The notes under the pieces are model-generated. The model searched no databases, had not been told where the DNA came from, and saw nothing but the letters and a program-made list of their open reading frames with translations. 64,000 bases of DNA from Octopus sinensis (Eukaryota), in assembly GCF_006345805.1 (NCBI RefSeq), contig NC_043002.1, positions 117,800,001 through 117,864,000 of the forward strand, written 5' to 3'. The translations under genes and the position numbers were made by a program. Positions 40,536 through 55,900 of this stretch are shown here, piece by piece. Every line of letters begins with the position of its first letter. The first letter of the stretch is position 1.

Positions 40536-43500
40536 CTGAAAAGAGAATTAAAATACAAAACATAATAAAACATCATTACTAATGTAAGTAATTACTGCAA
40601 ATTAATTCTTTTTAGTCTTAAAAACACAGTAATGAAAGTAATTATTTTACAGTCATCCTAACTTTTTCTGCATCCAGGGCCCATGTATCACTACCATGCA
40701 ACAATAATGAATTCAGTATATGGGTTAGGACTCAGCAGTGCATGGTTCTCAGGTTCCTACTCATCATAATCCTTCAGGCCATTACAAATTAATTTAAACT
40801 GGATGCCATACTGACTACCGTGTTCTTATAGCTAAATCAGCAGAGTTAGAAAAGAAAGTTCTCAGTGGCATCCAGTTTAAATTAACTTGTAATGGCCTGA
40901 AGGATTATGATGAGTAGGAACCTGAGAACCAAGCACTGGTGAGCCCTAACCCATATACTGAATTCATTATTGTACTTGATAACTTCCACCTTACTGACTG
41001 CACCACATTACATGGCTTGAACAGATCTCACAAGCCATTTGTTTACCCCTAGCACCCACATAGACCAAGAGATTACGGAGTGAGGGACCATGTTGAAGGA
41101 TAAGCACATTGGCTTATTTTCAGCTAAATACTTTTGACATAGCCTCATTTGGAAGACAGCATCAGTAGTATTTTTCCCTGGCACAAAACTAAACTGCATC
41201 TTATCCAGGCTAATTCTCTTCCTAATGATTTACATATCTCTTTCTGTAACATTCATGATCTGGCCCTGCAATTTGATGCCTCTAATTTTCTCTAAGGCAT
41301 CTCCTTCACCCTTGAAACAGCTGACTATTATGCTGCTAGTCACCTTCCTGTACTTCCTGATTGGTTATGTGGACAGCTAAACCATATCCTACACCACCAG
41401 ATATTTTAAGCATCTCAGCAGTAACTCCTGATGGTCCACACACATACACACATTTATATACACAGGGATCCAAACCTCCCTCACTACCTTCATTTTAATG
41501 TATGTTTCACTGTGCTTAAATGAGTAGCTTAGTCTTCTCCAGCACTGTCTATCACCAACCAAGACAGTCCTATGTCATCTTTTCAGTGAGATGCAAAATA
41601 TTTAGAACAGTCTTCACTACTTAGTCCCATCTTTTTTGGTCTTCCTCTCCCCACAATTTCCAATAACTCAGAGTACTTGGCACCTTCTTATGCAACACAT
41701 GTCCTCCAAATGCATCACATGCTTATGCTAGCACAGCCTTTTCTCTTGTTCCTATGTTCAGTATCCTGCTTAAAGCAATACAAAGACAACACTTCTTACT
41801 CCAATCCACTCTCAATTCAATTCTCTTGTGTTCCTTCATTTCGTTCACTCTCTATCATTTAAAAATCTCCTATTTCCAAACCATCTCTGCATCCCATCAA
41901 ATTGCCAATTATTATAATTAACAACAGGAGTGCTGTCCAACAGTTGGTCTAAGCGTAACAGGCTGATTAAGAAACTTGCTTAAAATACAAGAGGAGAATA
42001 TTTTTCAAAAAGGCACAGGCATGGCTGTGTAGCTGAGAAGTCCACTTGGCAGCCATGCAGTTTGTTTCCTGGTCTTGATATTGTGCACCGATTGTAAAAG
42101 AATATCACTGTCACACATGCAACATTGTCCCTTTGCATTCCTCTGAGAAAACATGCCCAGCCAGTGTGCTGTTCATGATTAGAGAACCAGGGAATATAAA
42201 ATATTACCATGCTATCAAACAGGTGAAAGTTGGTGAGAGGAAGATCATCTGGTCATTGTAAAGATTACAACAAATTGTGCCTGACCCATGCAAGAATGAA
42301 AAAAAGAAAAAGAATAAAATGATGATGGTGATGATATTAGTGTCTAAATTGAGTTTTAAGCTGAAATAATAACACTGCTAACAAATATTTATTTTTCTCA
42401 ATTGAAAGAAATAACTTATGTGTTACATATAGGGCTGAGTGTCTGACCTTTTGCCTGGCCTGTGAAATTATAGCCATAAGCAGCATATGCTGCAGTCATG
42501 CCAGCTTGTGCACCAGCGATTTCAGCAGCAGATAAAGCTTTCTTTGCAGTGCCTCGTCCACGTGGGCGTCGTCCAACTCCTGAACCTTTTGGTCGACCAC
42601 GACTACGGCCTGTTCCTCTTTTTGTTGGTGTTGGAATTGGAGCCACTGAAATCACAAAAAAATTAAATTAAACACATTAAAATGAATGCCATTAAGAGAG
42701 TGGAGGGAACATGTGGAAGGGAAGATGTGGGACAAAATGGTGAGAAAGGATCTTCAGATGTTGGGACTCACATAGTTTACCTATGCTTGAGAAGACATGT
42801 CAAGCTAAGTAAAATTATGGTTGTCCTTGCATACAGGCAGGACTCCTGCATTCTCCTCTTCAGCTGAGCAGTCTTGTGAGTGTTGGAACCACATAAAAGG
42901 ACCTGTGCTGTGCTGCATAAAAGCACCCAGTACACTTTGTAAAGGGGGTGGCATTAGGAAGGGCATCCTGCCTTAGACACCATGCCAAAACAGGCCTGGA
43001 ACCCAGGCAGCTCTTCCACTGGCCAGCTCCTGTCAGACCATCCAACCTATAGAAAACAGACATATGATGATGATGATGATGATAACCTACAAGATGCTGA
43101 TTAACAGTTTTGTTAAAATACTTTTTATTTTTGAACACAATGAAAGCAAATATATTTTCTGCTGATGAATGAAATTAAATTTTAAAAAATAAACACCCCT
43201 CTGGTAACGGGTAGCATTTAAATGTTGATATCTCTAATTCCAGTATTTCTCATAGAAACCTCCTTGATAGTTTGATAAAAGATGGTGTAGAGTCAGCTCC
43301 AGGATAGAACTGCTTCATCTATCAGTGACTTTTATCACTGATGTCTTACCTATTGCTATATTTTCTCTTTTCTAACTTTGGTTAATAAGAAAAAAAAATC
43401 TTTCATAAATACATCAAAGAAAAGCATGCCAAACTGATAGAAACCGAGGCATGTGGCACTTACGTGGGGGGAAAGATGTATGTGCATCATCAACTACAAG

Positions 43501-46500
43501 AGGGGCATCATTACTGTTATCATCTATCACAAGGTTACTTGATGGTTGGTTGAATTCACTGCCAACTGACATCTGTAATAAGTGAAAAGAGGAAAAGGAA
43601 TGTATAAGGAGGGAGTGATAAGAGGAAGGAATCTAGCAGAGAAGAGAGACACAACAAAATAGATGAAATGATCGAAATACCCTAGCATGAGAAAAACAAA
43701 CTGTTGTAGCTGATGATAACCTTGTGGAACTTGCAAAGACTCAGTGGATAAGATACTAGCTTCTTTACTACAGAATTGAAGGTTTATATCTAATTTTTCA
43801 GAAACAGGAACAAGTGTTACTTGACAATAAAGGAAAAACAAAAACACAAAACAGGAAATAAGGGAAGAGTTTGGGGGTTTACAATAGTGAGCTGAAATCC
43901 TCAACAAATAACTCCATAGACACATACACATGGTTAGCTATTGTTTTTTTTATGAAATTGTCATATAATCTCATGAAAAGTTCTTATGTAGTGTGGTGGT
44001 TGAGGCTCGAGGTTGGAATCTATTGTGATTTACAGAAAGGGATGTGCAGGTTAGTGACACCAAAGACAAACTTCTGTAAAATGTTTGAGAGTGTACAGAA
44101 GAGGGTAATGAGTTTGTATGTGAGAAAAATTAGGCATAAGAAGAGTTATATGCAGTGTGCAAGAGAGGAGACTGCACTGGTTTGGTCAAGTGATACAGAC
44201 AGATGAGGACAGTTGCATAAAGAAGTGCTGATCACTTAAAGAGGAGGGAAGTTGTGGAAGAGGGAGACTCAGAAAGACACAGGACAAAGTACTGAAGGCT
44301 GATCTCAAAATGCTGAGCCTCATGAAGATGACAGAGGACCGAGATATGCGATGCAGTGCTGTACTCAAGACTTACCCACCACAACAGAACTGATATCCTA
44401 AAACCAAGGTACCATGTAAAAAGCATTTGTATTGCTGCTGGTACCACATAAAGCCATCAAACCTATGCCAGAATGGAAAACAAATGTTAAATAGGGATGA
44501 GGATGATAACTTCACTTGGGCTTTTGTTGGATTTATGATTTTGCCCAGTTTCCAAATTCTGCGTATTTGGTAGTATTGGTAAAAGTAGTTGTTGCTGAGT
44601 GCATTGATTCCTTCAGGTGTGTATTTGTAAGGTCATAAGGATTTAGAGCTTTCTTATTGTCTTTTGGGCATCGGAAGGAAGAGCAGATTCAAAAACACTC
44701 TCAAGGTGATTTTCCTTAGAATTTATCTCCATTTTGAGTTTTTTGATGGCTGAACTTTCAGAAATACTTGTAAGGTTTACTGTAAGGTAAAACATACTTT
44801 TCTCATGCTAACATGGGTTGGATGAGATATTCTGAGACAACACTTGACAGCCAGACGATGCCAACCCTTCTAGTTAACTCTTATGACACACAAATCCAAT
44901 AACAAAGCAAAGATAGTTTGGCATACTTAAAGAAAAAAAAAAAAAAAAATTATGCTTTTAAATCTGTAACTGACCTCACTCTGTGGACTGGCAGGAACGG
45001 ACATAGAATCAAAGCTTGCAACAGAATCAGTATCTGGGACAGGAATTACAACATTATCTTCTGTTTTGAGGCGTTTAACATCTTTCGTCTGTAAAACAAG
45101 TTCAAAGCAGTCTTAGAAAGAAGTTAACAATTTTTCAAAGAAAATGTATAAAAGCATGTATGCTTTATTCGAATAAAACTAAAAAAACAAATGACTTGGG
45201 TATCATACCAGCATATATGTTGGTATGATACCTAAGTAGTTTATAAAATATATAGAAAGATAAAAGATAAAATACAATTATGGTACTTATAACTTAAAAT
45301 CATTCCGGAATTGCTTTTGAATTAATCAATATTCAGGATATTTTTAAGACCACCTTCTATCTTGATGAATTAAAACAATAAAGATCCTAGTTAATTCATA
45401 TTTGATATTTAAAAGTGCCTGCATGGCTATATGATTAAGAATTCCTCTTCACAATCATGTGGTTTACAGTTTGATCCCACTGTGTGATTTCTTGTACAAG
45501 TGTCTTCTGTTATAGCCTTGGGTTGATCAATATCATGCAAATAAAATTTGGTAAACAGTTAAGTAATCGTGTGCAAACACCATGCATATTTATATATGTA
45601 TGGTGTATGCATTTGACACAACAACACAACTGGTTGTGTAAAAAGGTAACTTGATCATTCAATAAATATTGACCAATAAAATGCATTTGTGTGTAAAGCA
45701 CAAAGTTAATCTGCATTTTGAAAGTGCAAAAAAAAAAATAAATAAAAGAAAAAAAAAACCCCATCATCATAATTGTATGTCTGCTTCCTATGGTGGCATG
45801 TTTGATAAGTCCAACAGAATCCAATGGGTTAGAGGACTGGGCCTTGCTCCAATCTCTCGTATGGGCATTGTTTCTACAGTTGAATGCTTTCTCTAATGTG
45901 TGTGTGTACACAAACATATCTATCTAAATATATATGCTTGTTCTCATGCAAATGCATGCCTAATGACTTCTGGATAAGAATTTCGAAAAAGAAGGAACTG
46001 GGCCTTGCTCCAATCTCTCAGTATGGGCATTGTTTCTACAGTTGAATGCTTTCTCTAATGTGTGTGTGTACACCAAACATATCTATCTAAATATATATGC
46101 TTAGTTCTCATGCAAAATGCATGCCTAATGACTTCTAGGCTAAGAATTTTGAAAAAGAAGGATGCATTATACATGAATAAATATGATATGTACCAGACTG
46201 ACATAAGTATTAAATATAATAGAGCAGATCTTATCAATCAACAAATGTTTCAAGGGCTTGCCCCAGAATAGCCACTTCTTTCTCATTCTCCTGAATGACC
46301 GAAGCCAGTATAAGAATACAAGAATACAGAACATACTCCTAGTGACATAAGTTGTATTTATTATTGTTGCTTCTATTACCTTTGAATAAAAATTTTTGAG
46401 TACTAGTCACAAGAAACGTATTTTCATAATTTCTAAAGGGGGAAAAAAAAAGACCGTTCACCTTTTCAGTAAGTTTTTCTCGCTTGCGTTTTCGTTCTTT

Positions 46501-49500
46501 AGTCTCCTTCTCACGAAAACGCTTTTCTTCTTGACGTTGTTTCACTGAAAGAATTACTAAACATTGGAACAGTTTGAGTATAAGTGCAACTAAAATAAGT
46601 CAAAACATAAATTAATTATAACAAGAGCATTCAGAGAGTGCAAACCCCCGCCAAGGCAACACCAATATCCTCTCAACAATTAGCTGAAGATGATTTTTAA
46701 AATGAGAATATCTGAAATAACCTGGACTACTCTCATAAACAAGAATACTAAAACTGAACCTGACTGCTCTCAAATGGAAAAATAATCCAAATATATATAC
46801 ATATATTGAGTGAGAGGTGAAAGGAAAGGAGATGAAATACTAATACAGTGAAGGAGAAGTAGTGAGAGAAAGTAATGAGAAAGATGAAACAAAATGGAAA
46901 AGAGAGTGTCACATGAACAAGAAAGGAAGGGGTAATGGATGAAACAAAGGAAGGAGTGAAAAAGCATGATATGTGCGTGTAAAAGAGGGGTATGTTTGCA
47001 TGTGTGTATGTACAATGGAAATGGAATGGTAATGTTCAACGCTGAAAATGCGTGTGTGTGTGTACAAGAGAACTATATGGAACTTTACATATATATGTAA
47101 AGTAAAGACATCGGAAAAATAATCCAGAATCCTTGTTCTGTACTGGATCGATTCCAAAATCTAATGAGACTGTGCCAGTCACAAGGTCAAACATCCCTGA
47201 AAGTTTTATCTGAATCCATCCAGCAATTCTTGAGATATCTTATCCATAGACAAACACCAAATATTACCTTGTTTTGCAGCTGTCTCTAACAGTCAATAGC
47301 CACATCTACCTTCTACATTTCCCTCAATCCAACCATCATGCCATTTGACCAAAAACCTTTGCCAGTTTTAGCTTCACAAGCCTTTTTAGGAAATGTTTCC
47401 ATCTCTGCGGTATTCAAGACAATTAAGCACGTGATTGATATAATTCTAAGTATGTCTCTCCACATTGCACACACAACCAAAGCCCATAACATCAGAACTG
47501 CTGAGGAAAAGAATACTGCTTACAAAACACTTGGAGGAAATCAACCTCCCCATGTTCAACAGGGAGCTGCAATATCTGATGGGCAACACAAAAATGAAGG
47601 ATGCAATGCTCATCATCTAGTCATAACCTCCAAATTCTGCTGCCTGTGAAATTGCAGCTGGGATTTCTAAACTACCAAGGGGTTTTTCCATTAATTTTGC
47701 AGAATTCTTTTCCTGACCACTGTTAAATCAATATGGTTCTCATAGCAGTTCTCCTGTTAATGAACCTAGCTTATTTGCCTTATATTTTGCTCTAAATTTC
47801 GTGCACACATAAAACCCTTACTAAACTCGGTTTTTCTACTGAGAGAGAGAGAAAGAGAGATATGCCAAATATAAAAACTCCAACCAGATTGGTCCTGATA
47901 ATATCTCATTATCTTCACTGCCCACCAGTCTCTTGCCCTGGAAATTTCTTGTCAGAACACACTGCTCTGGTTTCTCATGGTAACTACTGAAGTAAAGTTT
48001 GTTCTAACAGAACGTCCACGTTTAAATCGGGATGAATATTACCTCTCTGCATTAATACCTGCCTCTGTCGCCAGCACCTGTTTTGGTACTGTCAATCTAT
48101 ATGTTCCCGGCAAAGAGATGCATTGCTGCTGTCTCTAGTGGTCAAGTGCCCATCCTTGATAAGACCAAACAAGGACAAAATCATGTGGTCTGGTGGCCTT
48201 GGCACTAGAGGTAGTGGGGATATATCTCCCTGCTAGGGATAAAAACAAGAGTGCATTTTGCACCAAAAGGCCGACATCAGAGTTTCTCTGATGGTAACCA
48301 CTGCAGTAATATTTGTCCTTATTGAACATCTCCGTTTAAGTGGGGATAAATATTACCTTAACACTGGCGTGTTGAAATTTCAGCCATGTCACTCACACTG
48401 TACATTAACTACTTGCTATTAGTTCCTCTAGCACACCCCTACATATAAAAGATACACCCCTTTGAAAGCTATCAGAAGTCATCTAGAACCTTAAGTAATG
48501 TCCTGGAGAACATTGCTGAGCAGAATCCTTGACAACATTCTTCTGTAACTATCCTTCCTCACACTTTCCCTATACAGCTAAAACTCTCAAAGTTGTAAGT
48601 CCTCACAATTGCTGATGCTTAAAACCATACACAAAGATCAGACTCTCTCTGTAGTGCAAGATAATAATTTAGGTCTGATTGGTTTTTAATTCTGTATAAA
48701 GCATAAATGCTACCCACCTTAACTGTTAACATATCTTAAACATGGTCAATTACATCATAAAACTGCCATTCAATTAAAGGAAAAAAATCTCACAAATTTA
48801 CGTTTTTTCTCTTTGTTACTTCTACTACAATGAAGATAGCATCTTTGAACTAACAAGCTGCTTATTCCCGCTACCCTGTCTGACTTGATCTTCCTGTCCT
48901 TCTCTCACCTATCATTCATACAATGTCTCACCCCAGTTTCTGCATCTGTACAAAATACAGCAGTCTTCTGTAATTTCTCTTCTGCCCAGATGATGTTCTA
49001 TATAAGTTCAAATTTATCTATCAACTACATTAATCTCAACAATCTGGTCATCGACCTTTCCCTCTCTAGTTAACCAAAATAAAGAAAAGAATCAGAGCTT
49101 ACATTTTGTTTCCATTTCATCATCATCAATCAATAAGGAAACAACTTCTTTTGGTTTCAGTGTATCTGGACGGAAGTTTCCTCCACTGATTACCATACGT
49201 TGTATCTACACAAAAAGGTGTGGAAAATTAACAGATTTTCATAGTGATTACAAAAATAACAAATAAAATGAGTAATTCTCAAGACTTATTGGGCCTCTAA
49301 ATTAGGTGTGTCAAACTCGAGTGGCTTTGCAGGCCAGACTGAAGCATAAACTAGACCTTGTGGGCTGGATTGCACAATAATTCCTAAAAACTCACTTCAC
49401 AATACAAGCCAAAGTATAAAAGACAAAGAGATGTTAGCAAGTTTATGCACTGAGATGTGAAGAAAAAATTCTTCTAGGTGGTATAAATTTAGTCATGTTA

Positions 49501-52500
49501 AAAGTTCTTAGGGTGAGAATGGAAACAGATGTTGTCCAAATGTTTGCATAGAGTTCTTAAGAAGATCAATGTTTGATAGAAAGCTTAAACTGTTTCAATT
49601 GCAAAAACGTTTCTAAGGCATTTGTCTCACAAGAATCCATTCAGGAAAGACATGTGCATAAATTTAAAAGAAACTTCTGTTTGAATTAGCCTGTATCAAC
49701 AAAATAAAGGGGAAATAGGCACAAGTTTTCAGAATGTGGATTTATAAGCTTCTTTTCAATGGATGAGATAACAAAAGATGGCCTAAAATGCACTGATTTG
49801 ACTAATTGGAACCAGTGTTAATCACAGCTCTACTCTGTATCTCATCCATTGAAAAGAAGCTTATAAATCCACATTCTGAAAACTTGTGCCTATTTCCCCT
49901 TTATTTTGTTGATACAGGCTAATTCAAACAGAAGTTTCTTTTAAATTTATGCCCATGTTTGTCCTGAATGGATTCTTGTGAGACGTTTTTGCAATTGAAA
50001 CAGTTTAAGCTCTCTATCAAACATTGATCTTCTTAAGAACTCTATGCAAACATTTGGACAACATCTGTTTCCATTCTAAAGAATTCAGGTATATTTACAT
50101 AAAGAATACTTAAAGTCATCTTTTTTATATATTTATACATGTATCAAGTATATTTAAGTTACTCACCTCACTTTTCTCTTTGGCTCTTTGGAGAATGCGT
50201 TCTTCAATAGTTCCTTTGCAGATGAGACGATAGACAGTGACCTGCTTAGTCTGTCCGAGGCGGTGAGCTCGATCCATAGCTTGTTGGTCTACAGTGGGGT
50301 TCCAGTCACTGTCGTAAAATATCACCTGAATTCCAGAACACACGCAATAGGCATAAGAATTAATCTATTAACAGAATCTTTGAAAACGCAACACAGATCA
50401 CAATTGATTAGTTCATCTGTTTTATTTTAGTGATTAAAATTTGATGGTAGATCGTTATTTAATCTAGTTCTTATCTACCATTATCATTGTTTTACTGTTC
50501 ACTTTTTCATGCTTGTATGGGTTGGATGGAATTTGTTGAAGTGGATTTTCTATGGCTGGATGCTCTTCCTGTTGCCAAAGTAAAATTTCCCCATGACCAG
50601 ACATGTTTTAATGGAAGATTGGAAACACTTTAACTATTACAACTGTTATAGGATGTCAAAGCAAGGAGACAGTAGCACATACACATTATATACATATATA
50701 CAATGGGCTTCTTTCAGTTTCTTTCAACCAAATCCACTTACAAGGCTTTGATCAATCTGTGGCTACAGTAGAAAACACTTCCCAAAAGGTACCATGTGGT
50801 GGTACTGAACCAGAAACCATGTAGCTGAGAAGGAAACTTCTTACCACATGGCCACACTTGCTCCTATCATGACAATAAATTACAAGAGAATTCTCTAACT
50901 AGTTTGTAGGATATACAGTTGGCCACACTTAGTTAACAGACATTTAAGGTAAGATTATAGAATAAATATTTAATTAAACCATTCACATTCAGATAGTGGA
51001 GACAAACAAGTAATCTGACAAACACTTAAGTTTATGTTTGGATTAAAGTTGATTGATGCAAACAGGTTAAAATAAAATTGTTTAAAAATTGAAAATCTTT
51101 TTAAAGATCGCTCTTGGTTCATAACTGTCATGTTTGCTTTATCAAAAGATTTTCATCACAATAAAAACAACAATTACAGAGATAACAAAAAAAAACAAAA
51201 CAGCAATAGTGATACAAATAGCAACAACAGAATTCATCTAACTAGAATTTTATGCTACAGTAAACAGAGTGGTTTCAAATTTTAGCACAAGGCCATCAAG
51301 TCGGGGGAAGAGACCAGTCGATGACATTGACTCCCAATGCTTAACTGGTACTTATTTAACTGACCCCGAAAGGGCAAAGGGCAAAGCTGACCCCAGTGGA
51401 ATTTGAACTCAGAATGTAAAGATGGACAAAGTGCTTTGTCTGGTACAGTAATGATTCTGCCAGCTTGCCGCCTTAGTAAATATATTAAAGCACAAATATT
51501 AAGTAATAGGTTATATTATAACAAATAATAAAACACTACTAAAAGGAAGCAATAAAAAGTAAGTGAGATTTTTGGCAAAAAGACTGGTGGTACTTACAGT
51601 ATCAGCAGCAGTGAGGTTAATGCCAAGCCCTCCTGCTCTTGTACTCAAAAGAAATACAAATATGTCAGATCGGTTTTGGAAATCAGCAACCATATCTCTT
51701 CTCTCAGATATTTTTGATGAGCCATCTAGCCTCATATATGTATGCTTACGGTGCCACATATATTCCTGAAAGAGAGAGAGAGAGAGAGAGAGAGAAGAAA
51801 ATAAGATATATAATAAATATATATAGAAGCAAAATAATACAAACAGTAATATAATATCAAATGTTATCAAACAATACAATATGACCCGAGTTTGTTATAT
51901 GTGTGTATTTATAGTCACAGTTACATGTGCTGGTATATGATAAATACATTACAAAAGACCTCTGTTGTGTATGAAGTTCAACAGATAAGTTACCAGATGT
52001 TTTTAAATAACTTGAACAAGTGAAATTCTTCAACGAGGAACTGACCATCTACGTACCTCCATCAACAGGACACAATCACTACATCTATATCAATAAAACA
52101 GTTGAGACTATGTGTGGGGCTCTGTCCCTCTTCTCTGTCCTGCCAAGCATTTCCCTCACATCTCATCCCCTAAAACTTATCACTTCTCTATCGATGGTAC
52201 AATTCAGCAGCTGTAATCACCTAAGAGTAGAATAGGTATATTACGCTCCCAATTCCCTGTCTTCAGTCATTGCTCTCTTCTGAAGACCTCTCTTACCAGC
52301 TGTTATTCTCAACAACTTCTCGTATTTACCATCACACCCCACTTAACAAATCCCCCCCCCAATCATTCCTATACCTCTCACCATCATCATCTCCCTATCC
52401 CTGCAATCCACTGTATCTTCTCTCTTCTTGCCACCCTTCCAAACTACTCAGCCTTCTATCTCTATTACAAGCTAGCCAGGCTTGCTCTTCCTTCACACTC

Positions 52501-52821
52501 TATTCTCTCAACACTTGGTATAGAATCATTGCCCCTACCCCTCCTCATAGGTGCGGAGGTGTTTCTTTTCTTCTTCACTCCCTTTGTTTTTCTATTTTTT
52601 TTTCTCCTTCCTGTTCTTTTCTTGCTTTGCATGTTGCTTGGCAACCATGTCAGAACAAAAAAAAAAGCACCCAGTACACTTTGTAAAGTTGTTGGCACTT
52701 GAAAGGTCACCCAGCCATAAGAACCAAATCAAAGCTAACATTGGTATTTGACATGACCATATGACTCTTTGAATCCTATCAAACCACTAACCCATGTCAG
52801 CATGGAAAATGGACATTAAAT

Positions 52822-52900
<79 letters not shown>

Positions 52901-55900
52901 AAGAAATACATACAATCATAAAGATACAAACATACATATATTTATATGTCTGTACATTAGACATGGCTATATACACACACACTTGCTCATGCATATACAT
53001 ATATACATACATACGCTTATAAGTGCAAGAAAATAACAGCTCAACAGGTGTGTCTTCCACTAGAGCCTCAGACTGACCGAAGCCATCTGAGTGGATCGAG
53101 CAGGCAGAAACTGAAAGAAGTCCATCTGTATACACACTAGCAAAATGTATCACAGCACTGCTTGGGTGTTATGATCTACAGCCTCATAGTATTATGTGTC
53201 CCTTTCTTATGGGAGGAAACAGTACAGCTGATATATCGTGAACTGGATTACTGGCGTAATGGAAGTCATTGCTTGTTTAGAAATGAAGGTGGGAGGAGGG
53301 TACAATTTGCATGAAAGTGCTTTCTGTTCTTAAGAAGAATCACAAACTATGTACGTCTGCATTACTTATGGGATCATCATCATCAACATCATCATCATCA
53401 TTTAACGTCCGCTTTCCATGCTGGCATGGGTTGGACGGTTCAACTGGGGTCTGGGGAGCCCGAAGGCTGCACCAGGCCAGTCAGATCTGGCAGTGTTTCT
53501 ACAGCTGGATGCCCTTCCTAACGCCAACCACTCCGAGAGTGTAGTGGGTGATTTTATGTGCCACCGACACAGGTGCCAGACAAGGCTAGCAGACGACCAC
53601 GCTCGGATGGTGTTTTTTTATGTGCCACCGACACAGGTGCCAGACAAGGCTAGCAGACGACCACGCTCGGATGGTGTTTTTTTATGTGCCACCGACACAG
53701 GTGCCAGACAAGGCTAGCAGACGACCACGCTCGGATGGTGTTTTTTATGTGCCACCGACACAGGAGCCAGATTAGGCTGGCGATCGGCCACGATTGGATG
53801 GTGATTGTTACGTGCCCACAGCATGGAGGCCAGTCGGTGCGGTACTGGCTACGGCCACGTTCGGATGGTTTTCTTGTGTGCCACCGGCACTGGTACCACA
53901 AAGATACAAATTCCATTGATGTTCATCTATTTTGATTTTGTTTGATTTTCACTTGCCTCAACAGGTCTTCACAAGTGTCACAAGAAGGAAGGTATGCACA
54001 GGTGGACTGACTACGTCCCAGGTAGGGGCCACGGGTTATAGCCTGACTAGTCTTGCCGGGTCTTCTCACGCACAACATACTTCCATAGGTCTCGGTCTCT
54101 AGTCATTTCCTTGGTGAGACCTAAAGTTCGTAGGTCGTGCTTCACCACTTCGTCCCAGGTTTTCCTGGGTCTACCTCTTCCACAGGTTCCCTCAACTGCT
54201 AGGGTGTAGCACTTTTGCACACAACTATCTTCAGCCATTCTCGTCATATGACCATACCAGTGCAGCCGTCTCTCTTGCACACCACAACTGACGCTTCTTA
54301 GGTTCAACTTTTCTCTCAAGGTACTTACACTCTGACGATTATGAACACTGACATTACACATCCATCGGAGCATACTGGCTTCATTTCTTGCGAGCTTACG
54401 CATATCCTCAGCAGTCACGGCCCATGTTTCACTACCATGTAGCATGGCTGTACGTACACATGCATCATAAAGTCTGCCTTTTACTCTGAGCGAGAGGCCT
54501 TTGGTCACCAGCAGGGGTAAGAGCTCTCTAAACTTTGCCCAGGCTATTCTTACTCTAGCAGTTACACTTTCAGCACACCCACCCCCGCTACTAACTTGGT
54601 CTCCTAGGTAGCGGAAGCTATCAACTACTTCTAGTTTGTCTCCCTGGAACGTGGTAGAAGTTGGTCTCTGCACATTTCCAGTGTTTATTTCTCCTGAGCA
54701 TTTGCCACATACGAAAACTATCTTCCCAGTTAGCCTACCTTTGACATTGCTGCACCTCTTATGTGTCCATAGCTTACACTTGGTGCACCTTATAGAGTTT
54801 CTACCTACACCTTTTTTACAGATCGAGCAGGGCCATCTACCTGAAGTCGTTTGTGGTTGGTCCACCTTCCTACTTATTAGGACTTTGGTTTTGGCTAGGT
54901 TGATTCTAATCCTTGTTTCCACACCTGAAACTTCTCCTCCAGTTCTGATAGTGACTCAGCAATTAGAGCAAGGTCATCAGCATAGAGGAGCTCCCAGGGG
55001 CATCCTGTCTTAAATTCTTCCGTTATTGCCTGGAGGACTATGATAAATAGGAGGGGGCTGAGGACTGAACCTTGGTGGACCCCAACCTCTACCCGGAATT
55101 CTTCACTGTACTCGTTGGGATGACCCAATATATATATATATATAGATAGATACAGGGGTTGGACAAAATAATAGAAACACCTTAAAATTTCAAACAAATT
55201 ATTTAAAGTAATTACAGCTTGAATTTTATGAGGTATGGACTCATACAGAGTTTGAATTGTTTCCAAAGGACTTTTTGTCCATTCTTCAGCTAAAACACTC
55301 TCCAGTTCTTGTAGTGATGATGGTGGAGGATATTGACTCCTTACTTGTTTTTCTAAACTGCGCCATAAATGTTCAATAATATTCAGATCTGGGAACTGTA
55401 ATGGCCAGATAAGATGTTCCACTTCACTAGAATATTCCTTGTGCCATTCAGTAACAACTTTAGCTGTGTGAATTGGTGCATTATCATCCTGAAAGATTGC
55501 ATTTCCCTCCAGAAACAGTTCTGCAACCATAGGATGCATTTGATCAGATAAAATGCTTAAATAGTCTTGACTATTAATTCTGCCATGAAGGGAAACCATT
55601 GGGCCAGCAGATTTCCAAGATATGCCCCCCCCCACCATTACAGATCCTCCTCCATGTTTAACAGAAGGCAGTCTGGGTCAAATGCTTCTTTTGGCTGTCT
55701 CTACACGTATACTCAGCCAGTGGTTGGAAATAAGGTAAAAGATGTCTCATCCGAGAAAATAACATTCTTCCACTACAATAGGCACCAATTTGGTAGGTTT
55801 TTACTCCACTCTAAACACTTTGCAATGTTTGTTTTTGAAAGTAGGGATTTTCTGATTGCAGCTCTTCCGTGAAATCTGGCTTTGTGCAGCTCTTGGCAAA

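Noticed and set aside
45837-46162. 160-bp tandem duplication as a biological feature
   Set aside because: The copies differ mainly by single-base indels, typical of long-read consensus error, so it is probably an assembly artefact.
54895-55638. 247-aa ORF fusing a Tc1 transposase to an RT
   Set aside because: It is chance read-through across the Tc1 TIR and a (TA)n tract into a truncated LINE. Both parents are frameshifted.
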